Positions 25,540 through 37,929 are shown, numbered from the stretch's first letter. The stretch: DNA of 64,000 nucleotides from Octopus sinensis (GCF_006345805.1 NC_043001.1:95294001-95358000), one strand, 5' to 3'. Notes: generated by a model not told the origin, from the sequence alone. Numbers and translations are program-made.

Positions 25540-27366
25540 AAATTACAAAGTGGGGCAAATGCCAGTAGCAATCCAAAAACCTTCTTTGCCCATGTCCAGC
25601 GGAATTCCCGCTTGAACAACCAGATTGCAACGTTGGTAGACTCAACAGGCGTATCGATTGAGGACCCTTATCAACAGAGTCAATTATTTGCCGAGGCTTT
25701 TTCAACTATTTTCAAACAAGATGATGGTCGTGAACCCCCTCCATTTGATAGATCGGTATCTCCAATGCTTCGATTGGTCATCACGCGGGACGAAGTCAAA
25801 CGTGTTATTCAAGGCCTCGATGTCAACAAGGGTCACGGCCCTGACGGCATACACCCACGGGTTATCAAAGCGTTGGCTCCGGTCATCTGCGAGCCCTTAA
25901 CACGACTATTCAATATGTCATTGGCGACGGGTGTTATACCTGCAGACTGGAGAACAGCGATAATCTGCCCAATTTTCAAGAAAGAGAGCCGCGAAGACCC
26001 GCTTAACTACCGACCGGTTTCCCTTACATCAATAATCAGCAAGATGTTCGAAACCATCCTTAAGAAAAGTATGATGCACCACCTCCTAAACACAGTCTCT
26101 ATCTCTGATTCCCAACACGGCTTCGTGCCGAAGAGATCATGCTTGACCAACTTACTAGTAATGGAAGAATTGGTGACGCGCATCCTCGAAGATAGTGATG
26201 CTGTTGACATCGTTTTATTGGACTTTGCCAAAGCTTTTGACTCGGTAAACAAGCGCCTATTACTTGTCAAGCTTCAAGCATATAGTTTCCATCCGGATAT
26301 TGTACGATGGGTTGGTGCCTTCCTCTCAGATCTCTCCTTCCAAGTCCAAGTTAATGGTTCGCGGTCCGACGTCTCCAGTGCGAGCAGTGGCGTGCCTCAA
26401 GGTTCAGTGCTTGGGCCCTTGTTGTTCTTAGTCTTCATAAATGACTTGCCCGACGACCTCACGCAACACACCCTTCTATTTGCCGACGATATCAAACTGG
26501 TCGCTCCTCGCGGTAATATAGAGGATCTTCGTCGATGCCTCCACCAAATGTGGAAGTGGTCTTACGATTGGGACCTGTGTCTGAACGTGTCAAAGTGCTG
26601 TCATCTGCATGTCGGCTCTACTCCTGCAACTCAACTTGATTTCGAGCCGGGTCGTCTGCTGCTTGAGAGGACCGATCAGGTAAAGGACCTGGGTATCTTG
26701 GTGGATTCCTCCTTTTCGCCTTCGGCCCAGTGCGTCCATGCTGCCAACAAAGCACGCGGAATTCTGTTCTTGATTCGACGGTCATTCGGAATGCTCACAG
26801 CAGCCATATTCCTACCACTCTATGTCAAGCTGGTGAGACCCATATTGGAGTATGGGATTCAAGCCTCTTCTCCTTATCTCCTCAAAGACATACAGCATCT
26901 CGAAAGAGTCGAGAAGCTGGCAACCCGCATGGTTCATGGTCTCAAAAATTTGTCCTACGAAGAAAGGCTGAGGACGCTCGACCTTTATTCTCTTGAAAAA
27001 CGCCGCCGCCGTGGTGATCTCATTCTCGCGCACATCATCATAAGCGGAAAGTGTAACCTCTCGAAAGAGCTGTTCTTCACTGCTGCTCCAGAGCGTCGTC
27101 TGCGGGGTCATTCCGAAAAGCTCTACCTGCGACGATTTCATCTCAATCGAAGGAGAGGAGCTTTCTCCGTCCGGGTTGCGGATCCGTGGAACAAGCTGCC
27201 AGACGAGATGGTGAAGATGCCGACGACCGCTTTGTCCAAAGCCTCCCTGGACCTCAAGTGGCCTGAACTCTTTACATGAACACCACCCTGTACTTAACTC
27301 CATGTCCCCCTACATGGCCTTGCTATTTGCTTTTGAGCCAAATTAACTAACTAACTAACTAACTAA
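25540..27366 (+). mobile_element. 5'-truncated CR1-clade LINE, apparently young
   Basis: RT ORF (next feature), short 3' UTR with a CCATGT/ACATGG hairpin, and a (TAAC)n tail at 27344-27366. No APE endonuclease domain is present upstream. Visibly more GC-rich than the flanks. Confidence 0.92.
25612..27279 (+). CDS. Reverse transcriptase (ORF2 C-terminal two-thirds) of a CR1-clade LINE; the frame is open from 25522, and there is no native start codon
   Basis: Motifs GPDGIHPRVIK, NYRPVSLTS, QHGFVPKRSCLTNL, DFAKAFDSV, GVPQGSVLGPLLFLVFINDLP, FADDIKL, KDLGILVD and YEERLRTLDLYSLEKRRRRGDLI; no stop or frameshift. Confidence 0.93.
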   Translation: MNNQIATLVDSTGVSIEDPYQQSQLFAEAFSTIFKQDDGREPPPFDRSVSPMLRLVITRDEVKRVIQGLDVNKGHGPDGIHPRVIKALAPVICEPLTRLFNMSLATGVIPADWRTAIICPIFKKESREDPLNYRPVSLTSIISKMFETILKKSMMHHLLNTVSISDSQHGFVPKRSCLTNLLVMEELVTRILEDSDAVDIVLLDFAKAFDSVNKRLLLVKLQAYSFHPDIVRWVGAFLSDLSFQVQVNGSRSDVSSASSGVPQGSVLGPLLFLVFINDLPDDLTQHTLLFADDIKLVAPRGNIEDLRRCLHQMWKWSYDWDLCLNVSKCCHLHVGSTPATQLDFEPGRLLLERTDQVKDLGILVDSSFSPSAQCVHAANKARGILFLIRRSFGMLTAAIFLPLYVKLVRPILEYGIQASSPYLLKDIQHLERVEKLATRMVHGLKNLSYEERLRTLDLYSLEKRRRRGDLILAHIIISGKCNLSKELFFTAAPERRLRGHSEKLYLRRFHLNRRRGAFSVRVADPWNKLPDEMVKMPTTALSKASLDLKWPELFT

Positions 27367-27680
27367 GAACGAAAACACACACAAAGAGACGACACAAAAA
27401 AAAACTGACCGGTCACTCGAAGCCTCTAATCTTCAGTCGGAACCGGATCATCTTAGCAATTTCGGCTGTTTAATCTCGATATCACTCCAAACCGGCCAGT
27501 GCCAAGGACAAACTAAGCCACAGGCATTAGATACATGTCAAATAATGCCACAAACTGTGTATATATATATTAATTCACAATATATCTTGTTATACCTGAC
27601 GGACGAATACACAAAATGAGCAACCCAAATGCTAATTCTAGTCTCTTAAAAACGAGACATTAAGAAGAATCTGATATACG

Positions 27681-27736
<56 letters not shown>

Positions 27737-28420
27737 ATGTATATATATATATATATGTGTGTATACATAAGTATATATATATATCAATATATATATTATA
27801 TATATATATATATATACGTATACATATATATGCACACATATATGTACATATACGTATATCTATATTCATACATACACACTTACATATATACATATACTAA
27901 ATGAATTACGATATTATATCATGAGATCCCCGTTGATAGGTTTCTCATATTAAATAATGTATTTGCTTGATTAAATATTAGAGAATATAGTTACTGGATT
28001 TGTTGAATGAACAAATTCACTATTTCTTTCACTGGGATTGGTCAAATTGATATACATTCTATGAGGCTATCCACATAACTTCCGAAATCGATTAACGAAA
28101 TTGATTATTTTTCAATCTACAGATATATACTTCGATTTTCTCTGTTTATACAACAACATCACAGGTTATATAAGCATACGAGTATATAACAATCTATATC
28201 AGCAGACATGCATCACTCTTTTTCTCCACGTCAACAATTTACAGTCTACATTTACAGTTTAAAGTCGGCATATCATCGAGAGTATGATATAATTTTTTAT
28301 GAAGATATTGTTAAATCATTCCATATTTCGGATATGAGACAGGGAGGTGTTTAATACACACACACACACACACACTCAAACACACACACAGGCGCATATA
28401 TACATACATATATATATATA

Positions 28421-28524
<104 letters not shown>

Positions 28525-28774
28525 ATATATATAAATAAAATTAGAGATAAAACCACTATTAGGCAAATCAAACAGTGAAAAACATAAACCTAAACATAAA
28601 AATAAAAATAATTAATATAATATACAAAATATATAAAATATAAAATTATATATAGTTGTAGGGAGAGTTTACGAAAAAAAACAAAGACGAAGTCAGGTGG
28701 TGTACAAAACAAACTGACGTATTAGTTTAACGCTCATATACATATGTATATACCTATATATGCATATGTATATA

Positions 28775-28885
<111 letters not shown>

Positions 28886-28920
28886 ATATATACATACATA
28901 CATACATACATACATACGAT

Positions 28921-29539
28921 CTGTGTATTCAACTGGCCGGCCCTCTGGAAAATGAAAATGTATCTTCATATTTTTCAACCTAAACACCGGTAGCATCAAC
29001 AGGGATGGAATGAACAACATTCTGAAGAATGTCGTCTCTGATATCACTGAGAACTGCGTAAATCCGTGTCTCCAAGCCCTCCAGTGTGCGAGGTTTTGTC
29101 TTGAAGTCGTCTTTTGTTTATCCCCACAGGTAAAAATCATATGGAGTGAGACCTGGATTTCTTGAAGCTCTGGGCGTCTGGACTTCGGCAGCCGTAGTCT
29201 TCAGGTTTTTAGCTCCTGCACCTAGTAGGGTTTCCACGGACGAAAATTCAATTCTTTATGCAACACCGTACGTAATAATTGCCCTGTTAGTCCACTTACA
29301 CAAGCAGTTTGACGTGTTGATTTTTGCGTTTCTGCGTTTTAACATTTCCTTCCCTGTTGCCACGTTCTCTGCTTATCGGGATGTGGTTGGACTGCTACTT
29401 CTTGCATCGTTCACAGATCACATAGTGTTGCATGCTTAATCTTCCGTGCACGCCGCCATCTCTGAGCCAAGGTTACACTTCATAGTGAGGTGTTATCGTA
29501 GCTCGTCCCTGTGTATTCAAGTGGCCGGCCCTCTGGAAA
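28921..29539 (-). mobile_element. Internally deleted Tc1/mariner transposon
   Basis: Minus translation gives KSTRQ..SGLTGQLLRTVLHKELNFRPWKP joined to RASRNPGLTPYDFYLWG*TKDDFKTKPRTLEGLETRIYAVLSDIRDDILQNVVHSI (a WPPRSPDLxPxDFxLWG-type motif). 31-bp terminal-type repeats lie at 28921-28951 and 29509-29539. Confidence 0.85.
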
Positions 29540-31440
29540 TTAGAAATTAGAAATCAGACAATATGAAAATGAAAAGAAAACAAATCCATTTGTGTCGTCT
29601 TTTTCAAAAATTTTATAAGCAACTTCTAATGCCGAGTTACTTTCCCTACATCCTGTGTGTATGTGTGTGTGCGTGTGTGTGCGTGTGTGCACGCGCGTCT
29701 CCTAGCTTATTATTTCCGGCTCGAAATTTCTGATTAATATTCCTCGCACTCTCCGTTGCGTTGTTGCCTTTATTGAACTCATAAAGCAAAATATGCCGAA
29801 TATACTCCTTTGACATTTCTATCATAGCTTTGAAAAATTACTGTTAAAATCAAACTTCACTCTTCAAAATTTACACAAAGAGTAAGATGGTAAAATTACT
29901 ACATGCTTTTAAAGTAAGTTGATGCAGGTAGTTTATCCCGTCACCCTCGACTTTTAGTTCATGCAATTGAGTTATTGGATTACCTAATATATTATATAAA
30001 GTCAAATTATTAATTAAGAGTCTTATTATTGATATTCTCTTAAAGTATACACAAAACAAAACATAAAAAAACATAGAAAGTAAGCGCAAAATTAATGCGA
30101 CATCTTCAAATTCAAAGTTGTGAACGGTTTCCAAAAACGACCAGGAAGAATGACTTGTTCACATTTTCAAATGAAAGGAACGTTCAGGGGTATTTATAAA
30201 ACAAAATTGTCACATGATTCATGAAAGTGGTTGCTGGTTATCAAAAGAAGATCTGGTCATTTTATACAAGTTTTTCATTTGTGTTCTTCACCGATATTCT
30301 CATATAATTGAAGCTATATCATTAGATCTGTTTTGATAAGCATAATATATATTTCTGAAAATTCCTTGTGACTAAATTTTATTGAGAGTGTAAATTAGGA
30401 AGAAAATGATTGCTGTTGTATTTCATGTACAATTTATTATGCAATTTATTGATGTGGTTGCTGCTGTTAGTCTGTAATCTGTCCTGAAAATGATTTATTT
30501 CGGCAGATACTTCAGCAATGAAAATCGTGTCTTTTATGTTCTTTGCATAAATAATCACATACAGCATTACAAAATGTATCTTCATCTATTTGGGTAATAG
30601 TGTGCAGCTTAAAATAAACATAATTTCTTTTTGTTGAGTGGTTCGACGACGAAAATTTCTTCATTAATTAGTTCATCAAAGCAAGGTCATATTTTGTAGT
30701 TAGTCATCAAGAATCGTTTATAGATTTCTCAGATCGTAGCTCGCATTTCCAATATAACTGTACGAATGACGAATATATTCGATGGACAATTTGAAATTTA
30801 ATGGGTGGGTTATACGACAAGATTGCAAAGAAATTATTTTATTAGCTTCATCAAAAACTATCAAATAATTTTGGATTTTATGAGAATCCAAAAGAAATAT
30901 ACAACAGAATGATTACTAAACTGAATATGTATACAAAATAGCTTTTCTGGGTTTGGAAACTGGGTCGGTATATTCTGAAATATTTTATTTGCTTACCCAC
31001 CTACATGCTGCCTCCGGCATTTCGATCCGAACACTGCAGACATTGTAAAAGCAAAATTAATCTATAATTCAGTTCTATATATATAATCGTTTCGGGAATC
31101 AAGAAATCCAAGATCTCCTTTCAAATATATTTTCCTTATAATGTGTCCGAAGCGAACAGGTCTGAATATAAACTGCACATTCGAAATAACGAACATCTTT
31201 CACAGTATTACGTATATTATGAATTTGTGTGTCATATATTTAGAATTATGTAATGCGGTGTTCGTCAGGAAATGAAGAAGCCAGAAAAATCCAACTTACC
31301 ACCATTCTTACGCGCATCCATTCTGTACGCGTATCCATTTCATATATTTTAATTAAAATAGGTTGAAAGACAAATAGGCTGAAATAAGCGATAACTTTAG
31401 CATAAATACGTAAGCATTGGGTGACATATACTAAGTATAA

Positions 31441-31880
31441 TCTATACATATAAAGCTGAAGTTGTCTCTGTGTGTGGCAGGTTTGGTAGCCTTCAACTAA
31501 CACTATATCCTCCAAGACCCTGCGGCGCAAGTTGAGCAAAATTGTATGACAGAAGAAGGCTTGTCCTTTATTCCTTAGAAGAAATATTCGAATCGGAACA
31601 TGTTAAGATCAAAAGTTATTTACATTAACAAAGTGATTGTTTTCTATGAAAATCTCCATTTCTTACGATTTTTTGACTGCTGTGTCGCCATTTGTCGCTG
31701 TATTTCAACCAGAAAATTTTTCACTTAAAGAGAATAACAAGTTACATAATGCAAAATACAAAAACGCCAAATTTGTACTTTTCAAACTATGTCAAAACCT
31801 TGTTTATGCGACATCAAAGTCTGCCGTTTTAAGCGCAACTAAAAAAGGCAAACCCGAGCAACGCCGGGCTATACTGCTAA
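31441..31880 (+). mobile_element. Non-autonomous Helitron (second, 3'-truncated copy at 34187-34535)
   Basis: A|TC 5' end (TCTATACATATAAAGCTGAAG), subterminal hairpin CCCGAGC-AAC-GCCGGG about 12 nt before a CTAA|T (CTRR|T) end, and no TSD. Confidence 0.75.
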
Positions 31881-32440
31881 TATTTTCTTAATGCTATAAC
31901 ACGTATGATACTCTTTTTATGTATTTTTACAGCAGCAAACAGTTTTCTTCTCGTCCTTTGGAATTGAACTCATAATCTTATATATTTTTCTGCTTGACTC
32001 GTATTTGGACTCTCAAATTATAGGTATATCATAAGGAAGGGAATTTTCGTGACATCAAACTAAATTTAACATACCTTCTGTCAGTTTTTTTAATGCCTAC
32101 ATGCGGTACACAATAGAGAGAAATTTGATTTACTCCCATACTTAAACATATGGAAGACAACGCATAGATATTGCACATCGTTCCACTCCAACTGTAGTCA
32201 ATGCAAAAGGCATATTATCCTAAGCTAAAAATATAACCTGTTCACAATCTGTTAAACATAATGGATGCAGTTCATGATTAGATCATCATTATGTAGTTAA
32301 TAATATAATCATCGGATGATTAGTGGGTGATTGCAATCACATAATTGAAAACATACTAATTGCTGGGGAGATAACAGGAATTTGGAGATGAAAAATCATA
32401 AAACCCACTCAAAAGACAAATGTATATATTTGCGTGTGTG

Positions 32441-32509
<69 letters not shown>

Positions 32510-32527
32510 ATATATAATATATATATG

Positions 32528-32590
<63 letters not shown>

Positions 32591-32647
32591 GTATATATAT
32601 ATATATATACATACATACATACATACATACATACATACATACATACA

Positions 32648-32680
<33 letters not shown>

Positions 32681-32684
32681 TCTT

Positions 32685-32850
32685 TTGTACATTTCAGTCT
32701 TCTGACAGTGGCCATGATAGTGCGGCATCTTAAAGGATTTTAGTCGAAGAAATCGACGCCATGACTTGTCTTTTGCAAGCCTAGTACTTATAGTATCGGC
32801 CTTTTTTTTTTACCGGGTCGCTAGTTTACGGTGGACATAAACACACCAAT
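32685..32850 (-). mobile_element. SINE family A, 3' portion (further copy at 57880-58045)
   Basis: TTTCAGTC..GGCCATG..TAGTCGA..AAATCGAC..GCCTAGTACTTA..TATCGG is shared with the diverged copy at 57880-58045; linking it to family A relies on my recall of the consensus. Confidence 0.6.
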
Positions 32851-32959
32851 TATAAAAATAATATTCTTTTAGCAATATCTTATGAAAAATTTTCACTTAC
32901 ACATTATTGTACGTTTTTGAATGTCGTGGGGACATTCAAGTTAACAATCGCGTACGATA

Positions 32960-33230
32960 AAATAAACAAAATAAATGCGCCCTTTTAAAGCCTAGCCAGG
33001 CTCATGGACCCGGTTTCCCGGTTTCCCGGTTTCTATGGCGTATGTGTTCCCCAGCTGGACGGGACGTCAGTCCATCACAGCGTTACTCATTGTTGCCAGC
33101 GGAGTGGACTGGACCAACGTGAACTGAAGTGTTTTGCTTAAGAAGACAACGCGTCGCCCGGTCCAGGAATCGAAACCACAATCTTACGATTATGATGCTA
33201 ACACCCTAACCACTCAGAACGCGCCTCCAC
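32960..33230 (-). mobile_element. Full-length tRNA-derived SINE (family C head and core, different 3' end) with a 9-bp TSD
   Basis: The minus strand begins GTGGAGGCGCG, with B-box GGTTTCGATTCC at 33166-33177 and core GGTCCAGTCCACTCCGCTGG. CGTACGATA flanks it at 32951-32959 and 33233-33241. Confidence 0.85.
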
Positions 33231-33263
33231 TACGTACGATATAAAGCATATATTATGAAAAAT

Positions 33264-33326
33264 AATCGATATACTAAGCGTAGCTGATGAACCTCAGTGC
33301 TTTTAGCACAAACGGTGAAATACATT
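33264..33326 (+). ncRNA. Candidate type III-like hammerhead ribozyme motif
   Basis: AUA triplet, stem I CUA-agcg-UAG, CUGAUGA (33284-33290), stem II ACC..GUGC-uuuua-GCAC..GGU, GAAA (33317-33320), and stem III UAU/AUA. Folded by hand. Confidence 0.4.
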
Positions 33327-35039
33327 GACACTAAGATAGATGTACTTTACTTTGTGGTTTTTGCAGAGTTAAGGAACTATCATTTTAACGTTCGCTGCGT
33401 TAACCATGTGCTTTTATCTCTAATGAGAAATTTGTGGTTTTCGTCTTTTGGTACCCTACTATTTACATACGCATCTATACCGTTGTATTTCGGCAGGGTC
33501 ATTCTTTTTTACTAATAAACACACGCACAATATATTTATATATTTGTTCTTCACTCGTTTATTACTGTTCTTATTCTAACACATTTTCACTGTTTGGAAA
33601 TCTTTTGCCACACACCTGTGACCAATTCAGCGACAATTTTCGTCTTTCTATGTGCTCTAGTTCCACTTATTTCATTCTGCTTTTCTATGATGTGTATTCT
33701 TATGCCCGCATGCGTTTACTTCCGTGTTTGTGTGTGTGTGTGTGTGTGTGCGTTTGTGTGTGTCTGTGTGTGTGTGTGTGTGCGTGTGGATGTGCATTTG
33801 TTTGCCTGTGTGTGTATCACTCTTCTTAATATCGACATGACCTTGACCTCAGCCCCATCCTCTTTTCTCCTTTTCACTGTTGCCCTCACAGGACACTGTT
33901 TTTTTTTTTAAATTTCCTGTATCTTTCTGTTTGCGTGAATATAAACTGCACATTCGAAATAACGAACATCTTTCACAGTATTAGGTATATTATAAATTTG
34001 TGTGTCATATATTTAGAATTATGTAATGCGGTGCTCGTCAGGAAATGAAGAAGCCAGAAAATCCAACTTACCACCATTCTTACACGCATCCATTTCATAT
34101 ATTTTAATAAAAATAGGTTGAAAGACAAACAGGCTGAAATAAGCGATAACTTTAGCATAAATACGTAAGGCATATACTAAGTATAATCTATACATATAAA
34201 GCTGAAGTTTTCTGTGTGTGTGTGGCAGATTTGGTAGCCTTCAACTAACACCATATCCTCCGAGACCCTGCGGCGCAAGTTGAGCAAAATTGTATGATAG
34301 AAGAAGGCTTGCTCTTTATTCCTTAGAAGAAAAATTCAAATCGGAACATGTTAAGATCAAAAATTATTTACATTAACAAAATGATTGTTTTCTATGAACA
34401 TCTCAATTTCTTACGATTTTTTGACTGCTGTGTCGCCATTTTTCGGTGTATTTCAACCCAAAAAATGTTCACTTAAAGAGAATAACAAGTCACATAATGC
34501 AAAATATAAAAACGCCAAATTTTTACTTTTCAAACAAGATCGATTCCTGGACCACGATGCTGCCATCGTGGTAGTTGCTTTATAGCCATCGTTGTCACCG
34601 CCGCTGCTGCTGTCATTGTTAATCTTGTTGATACTGTTGCGGCCATCTCCGAAGTTATTGTGTGTGTATATGTGTTCGCTTCTTATGCTGTTTGTATCCA
34701 TGCCCTTTACATAGATTTCTTCCTTTCATAATTCATTTCTGATCTATCTTTAACTCTTATATTTATCACAGGTATGTGACAAATATATTTATTTATTTAA
34801 ATTTTCTTTCTTTTTTTATTATTCTATTTATCTATCTCTATTTATTATATGTATCACAGTTATATGCATATGTGTCTATTGTATGTGCATTACCTCTTTC
34901 ATATATGCATTTTATTTATTATCGTTATTGTATCTTTTCGTCTCTATTTTCCTCCCTTCAGTCTTAGGTCATGTGGTATGTTACAGTGGTGGTTGTTATT
35001 CTTCCATTCGTGTTATTCTTTCATTATTTTCATATACCC

Positions 35040-36023
35040 TCAACAGATTAAACTGTTGGAAAAGAAAGAAATCCTAACAGCTGGTTATAACAAGCAACCT
35101 TAGATGTCAAGAACACTCCTATTGGGCTACAGCTATTAACCTTAGACGCCAAGAACCCTCTTGTGTATCCAAGCAGTCCCTAATAACACTGTGATTTCCT
35201 TTATCCATCTCTTCAGATCATTAGGAATATTTCTCAATGCCCCTATTGCTACTGGGATACATTTTACTCGCATTTTTCATAGTCTCTGTAATTCAATAGC
35301 TAGGTCCGTTTACTTTGCTATTTTTCCTATATCTCTCATATTAATTTTTTCATCATTCGAGACTGTAAAGTCCATTATCTGGCAATTTCTATTTCTTATC
35401 TTCTACTACCAAATCAAGCCTTCAAGATTTTATCACTATCAGTCTGAATGCTAATGTCCCACAATATCTTGCATCTCTAACTTTCTAGTACTTTACTAGG
35501 TTCATGTTCATATATTATATCAATATTCCAATTCCTAGCTTTCTGTATAGCTCACAGTGGTTTACCCTACCTACATTAGCATGTCTCTTCTTGCATTCTT
35601 TCTGTACAGGCACTTACTATATAAGTAATACTTTCGTCTTTTGATTAGCATAACCTATACTGAGAATCTACTCGGTTTTTGTCTATCTTGGCTTTTATCC
35701 AATTAGTCCTTAATGCTTGTTCTTCTGGAGCTACTAACAAACCTTCTGTCCTCCCTTTCACCTTTCTTTCTGTACTTTTGTCGTGATTTTAGCAGCTTTT
35801 CATAAACTTTCTTCACTATGACCTATATAAAAGTCTATATCTACTCTGACTAACTCAACACAGTCTGCTACAGTTATTAATCCTCTTCCGGTTTCCTGTC
35901 TAACTAAGTATAACCTTGCTACTCCTACCCTTGGGTGGAGTCCTCCATTCATATTTAATTCCTTCCTAGTTCTTTTGTCTAGCTTTTCTAATTGAGGTTT
36001 TATGCAATCTCCAAAAGCTGCTG

Positions 36024-36028
<5 letters not shown>
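35040..36028 (-). mobile_element. Heavily decayed R4/Dong-type RLE retrotransposon, 3' part
   Basis: Minus translation fragments: LEKLDKRTRKELNMNGGLHPR..ARLYL.RQETGRG; EGLLVAPEEQALRTNWIKAKID; ILWDISIQTD; NCQIMDFTVSND; DLAIELQRL; CIPVAIGAL; VLLGTAWIHKRVLGV*. The 5' end abuts the (ATT)n at 36027-36071. Confidence 0.85.
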
Positions 36029-36071
<43 letters not shown>

Positions 36072-36640
36072 GCTTCTGTTTTTTTTTGTTTTTGTTGTTG
36101 TTGCTATTATCATTGTTATTCAAAGTACTTTGATTCGGTCACTTAAAACTTCAATTTTCGAAGGCTCGTTACGGGAATCTACCAAGTCGTGCTCTGTCCA
36201 CTGGATGCGGTTCCCCGAGGTTCCTGCGAAATGTTGCTTGGGGCCGAAACCATTGTTTTAATTAATATTGCTATATGTAACTCATACCAAATGTGTTAAG
36301 AGACTCTATCCTTGGTTTATTGTATCTTTTATATTTTAAAATTTCCCGTTTAATGGTTTTTTTGCCGTACTGTTAAATTAAGGGGACATAAGCAAGTCAG
36401 TCACCGATTGTTAAGCAGCGGTGAAATGCAAACACTAAAGCTTGTCCGAGATACATGTGACAGTTTCATAAAATATAAAGTAATTACAATGTTCCATTTA
36501 AAAATAAGATCACTAAATATAATAACAATATGAACTAGATTATGGGTGGCAGATAACTGTTCACTCAAAGTAGCCGCCTTCAGTTTCCCCTATGGCGCCT
36601 GCATTTCGCACAATGTTCCTTGTAATATCTTGGAACTCAC

Positions 36641-36745
36641 CTTAATCTTAGCGAGAGGCACGTCCTTAGTATGGCAGCCAAAGCGGCTATTGTCTTTCCA
36701 ACCGCGTTCAGCGTATAGTAATTCCGAATTGTGGTTATTGAATCT
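36641..36745 (-). other. Candidate isolated 105-nt internal exon, host gene unknown
   Basis: Acceptor TTTTTCCACATATACAG| and consensus donor AAG|GTGAGT; length divisible by 3; two frames open; GC-richer than the flanks. No recognisable protein motif. Confidence 0.3.
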
Positions 36746-37855
36746 CTGTATATGTGGAAAAACATTCCTCTTTCACTGGCATTTTAATCTGTAGTAAATT
36801 ACTTTAACGAGCTCATATTATATCCCTTGACATTCACTAATCTGTCATTGTTAATCGATAAAATGAAATATTTATTTTGTAATTATTTCTTTATCGTACA
36901 CAAAATCTTATACAATTTATATTTTTTTCGTTATAATTATTCCATGTTAATTTCGATAATACAATGAAGGATGTACTTTGATTAATCTGGCGGAATATTA
37001 TCACTTCTGTGTTGAAGTTTCTACTGTTCAACACACATTTTCGATTATTTTCTCATTCCTCATATAGAGGAATATATATTATATGTTACACATTAGCGCA
37101 TGTTGAATCCGCCTATCATATAACATGTATGCTAATATTGTGCTTGCATTAGCTAAAGGAAAGCCTTAAAACAAAATTTCCTTGATGAATTCCCCACCTT
37201 GGGTCACTATCTATCATTGTATCAGAACGAAAAATATCTGCTATATCAGATTATCTACTCGCTGCAGTTGATGGTGACGTGTTTCTCCAGCGAATACAAA
37301 TGAATACTGATTTGGATCAATTAATTTCCTTTGCATTAATTACTTCTAATTTAATATTTCTCATCACATACACTCGTTTGGAAATGATTCGAGTATTTAA
37401 TTAGTAAATATTTGTAATATCCTACAGTAACAAATGCACAGTCAGTAAATATATTTATCTCAATATTTCAACGCATATTCAATGGTAAACGTCTTTATTG
37501 ACAAACTTAGTATAGAACAGTTTCAAAGTCACATATTCTCATGCTGAGCACTCGTAAGAGAATACCCAAGTGAGACATATCCTTGTATATTACGCATTTA
37601 TATAACATAACAAATATTGCCTACATGCACTTAACTACAAATATATTAACAACGACCTCTAAGTATATAATATAATGTTATTGGTAAAGGATAAAAACTT
37701 TGAGCCTGGTTTGTGTCCTTACGTTTCATTTATAATATTTATTATTAATTATTTCAACATATATTTTGTACAAATATAACAAATGTGGAGTCTGAAAATC
37801 GAAATAATCCATATACTAAGAGGTGCATTAGGCATGATAAAAAACATACAAATAC

Positions 37856-37857
<2 letters not shown>

Positions 37858-37929
<72 letters not shown>

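Noticed and set aside
27403-27450. Minus-strand CUGAAGA...GA-CCGGUC, resembling a minimal hammerhead
   Set aside because: The GAAA is incomplete, stem II is mismatched and no stem I forms; at most a decayed relic.
31175-31270. Minus-strand CUGACGA...GAAA followed by a hairpin
   Set aside because: The A15.1-U16.1 pair and NUH triplet cannot form, and stem II needs a long unstructured insert.
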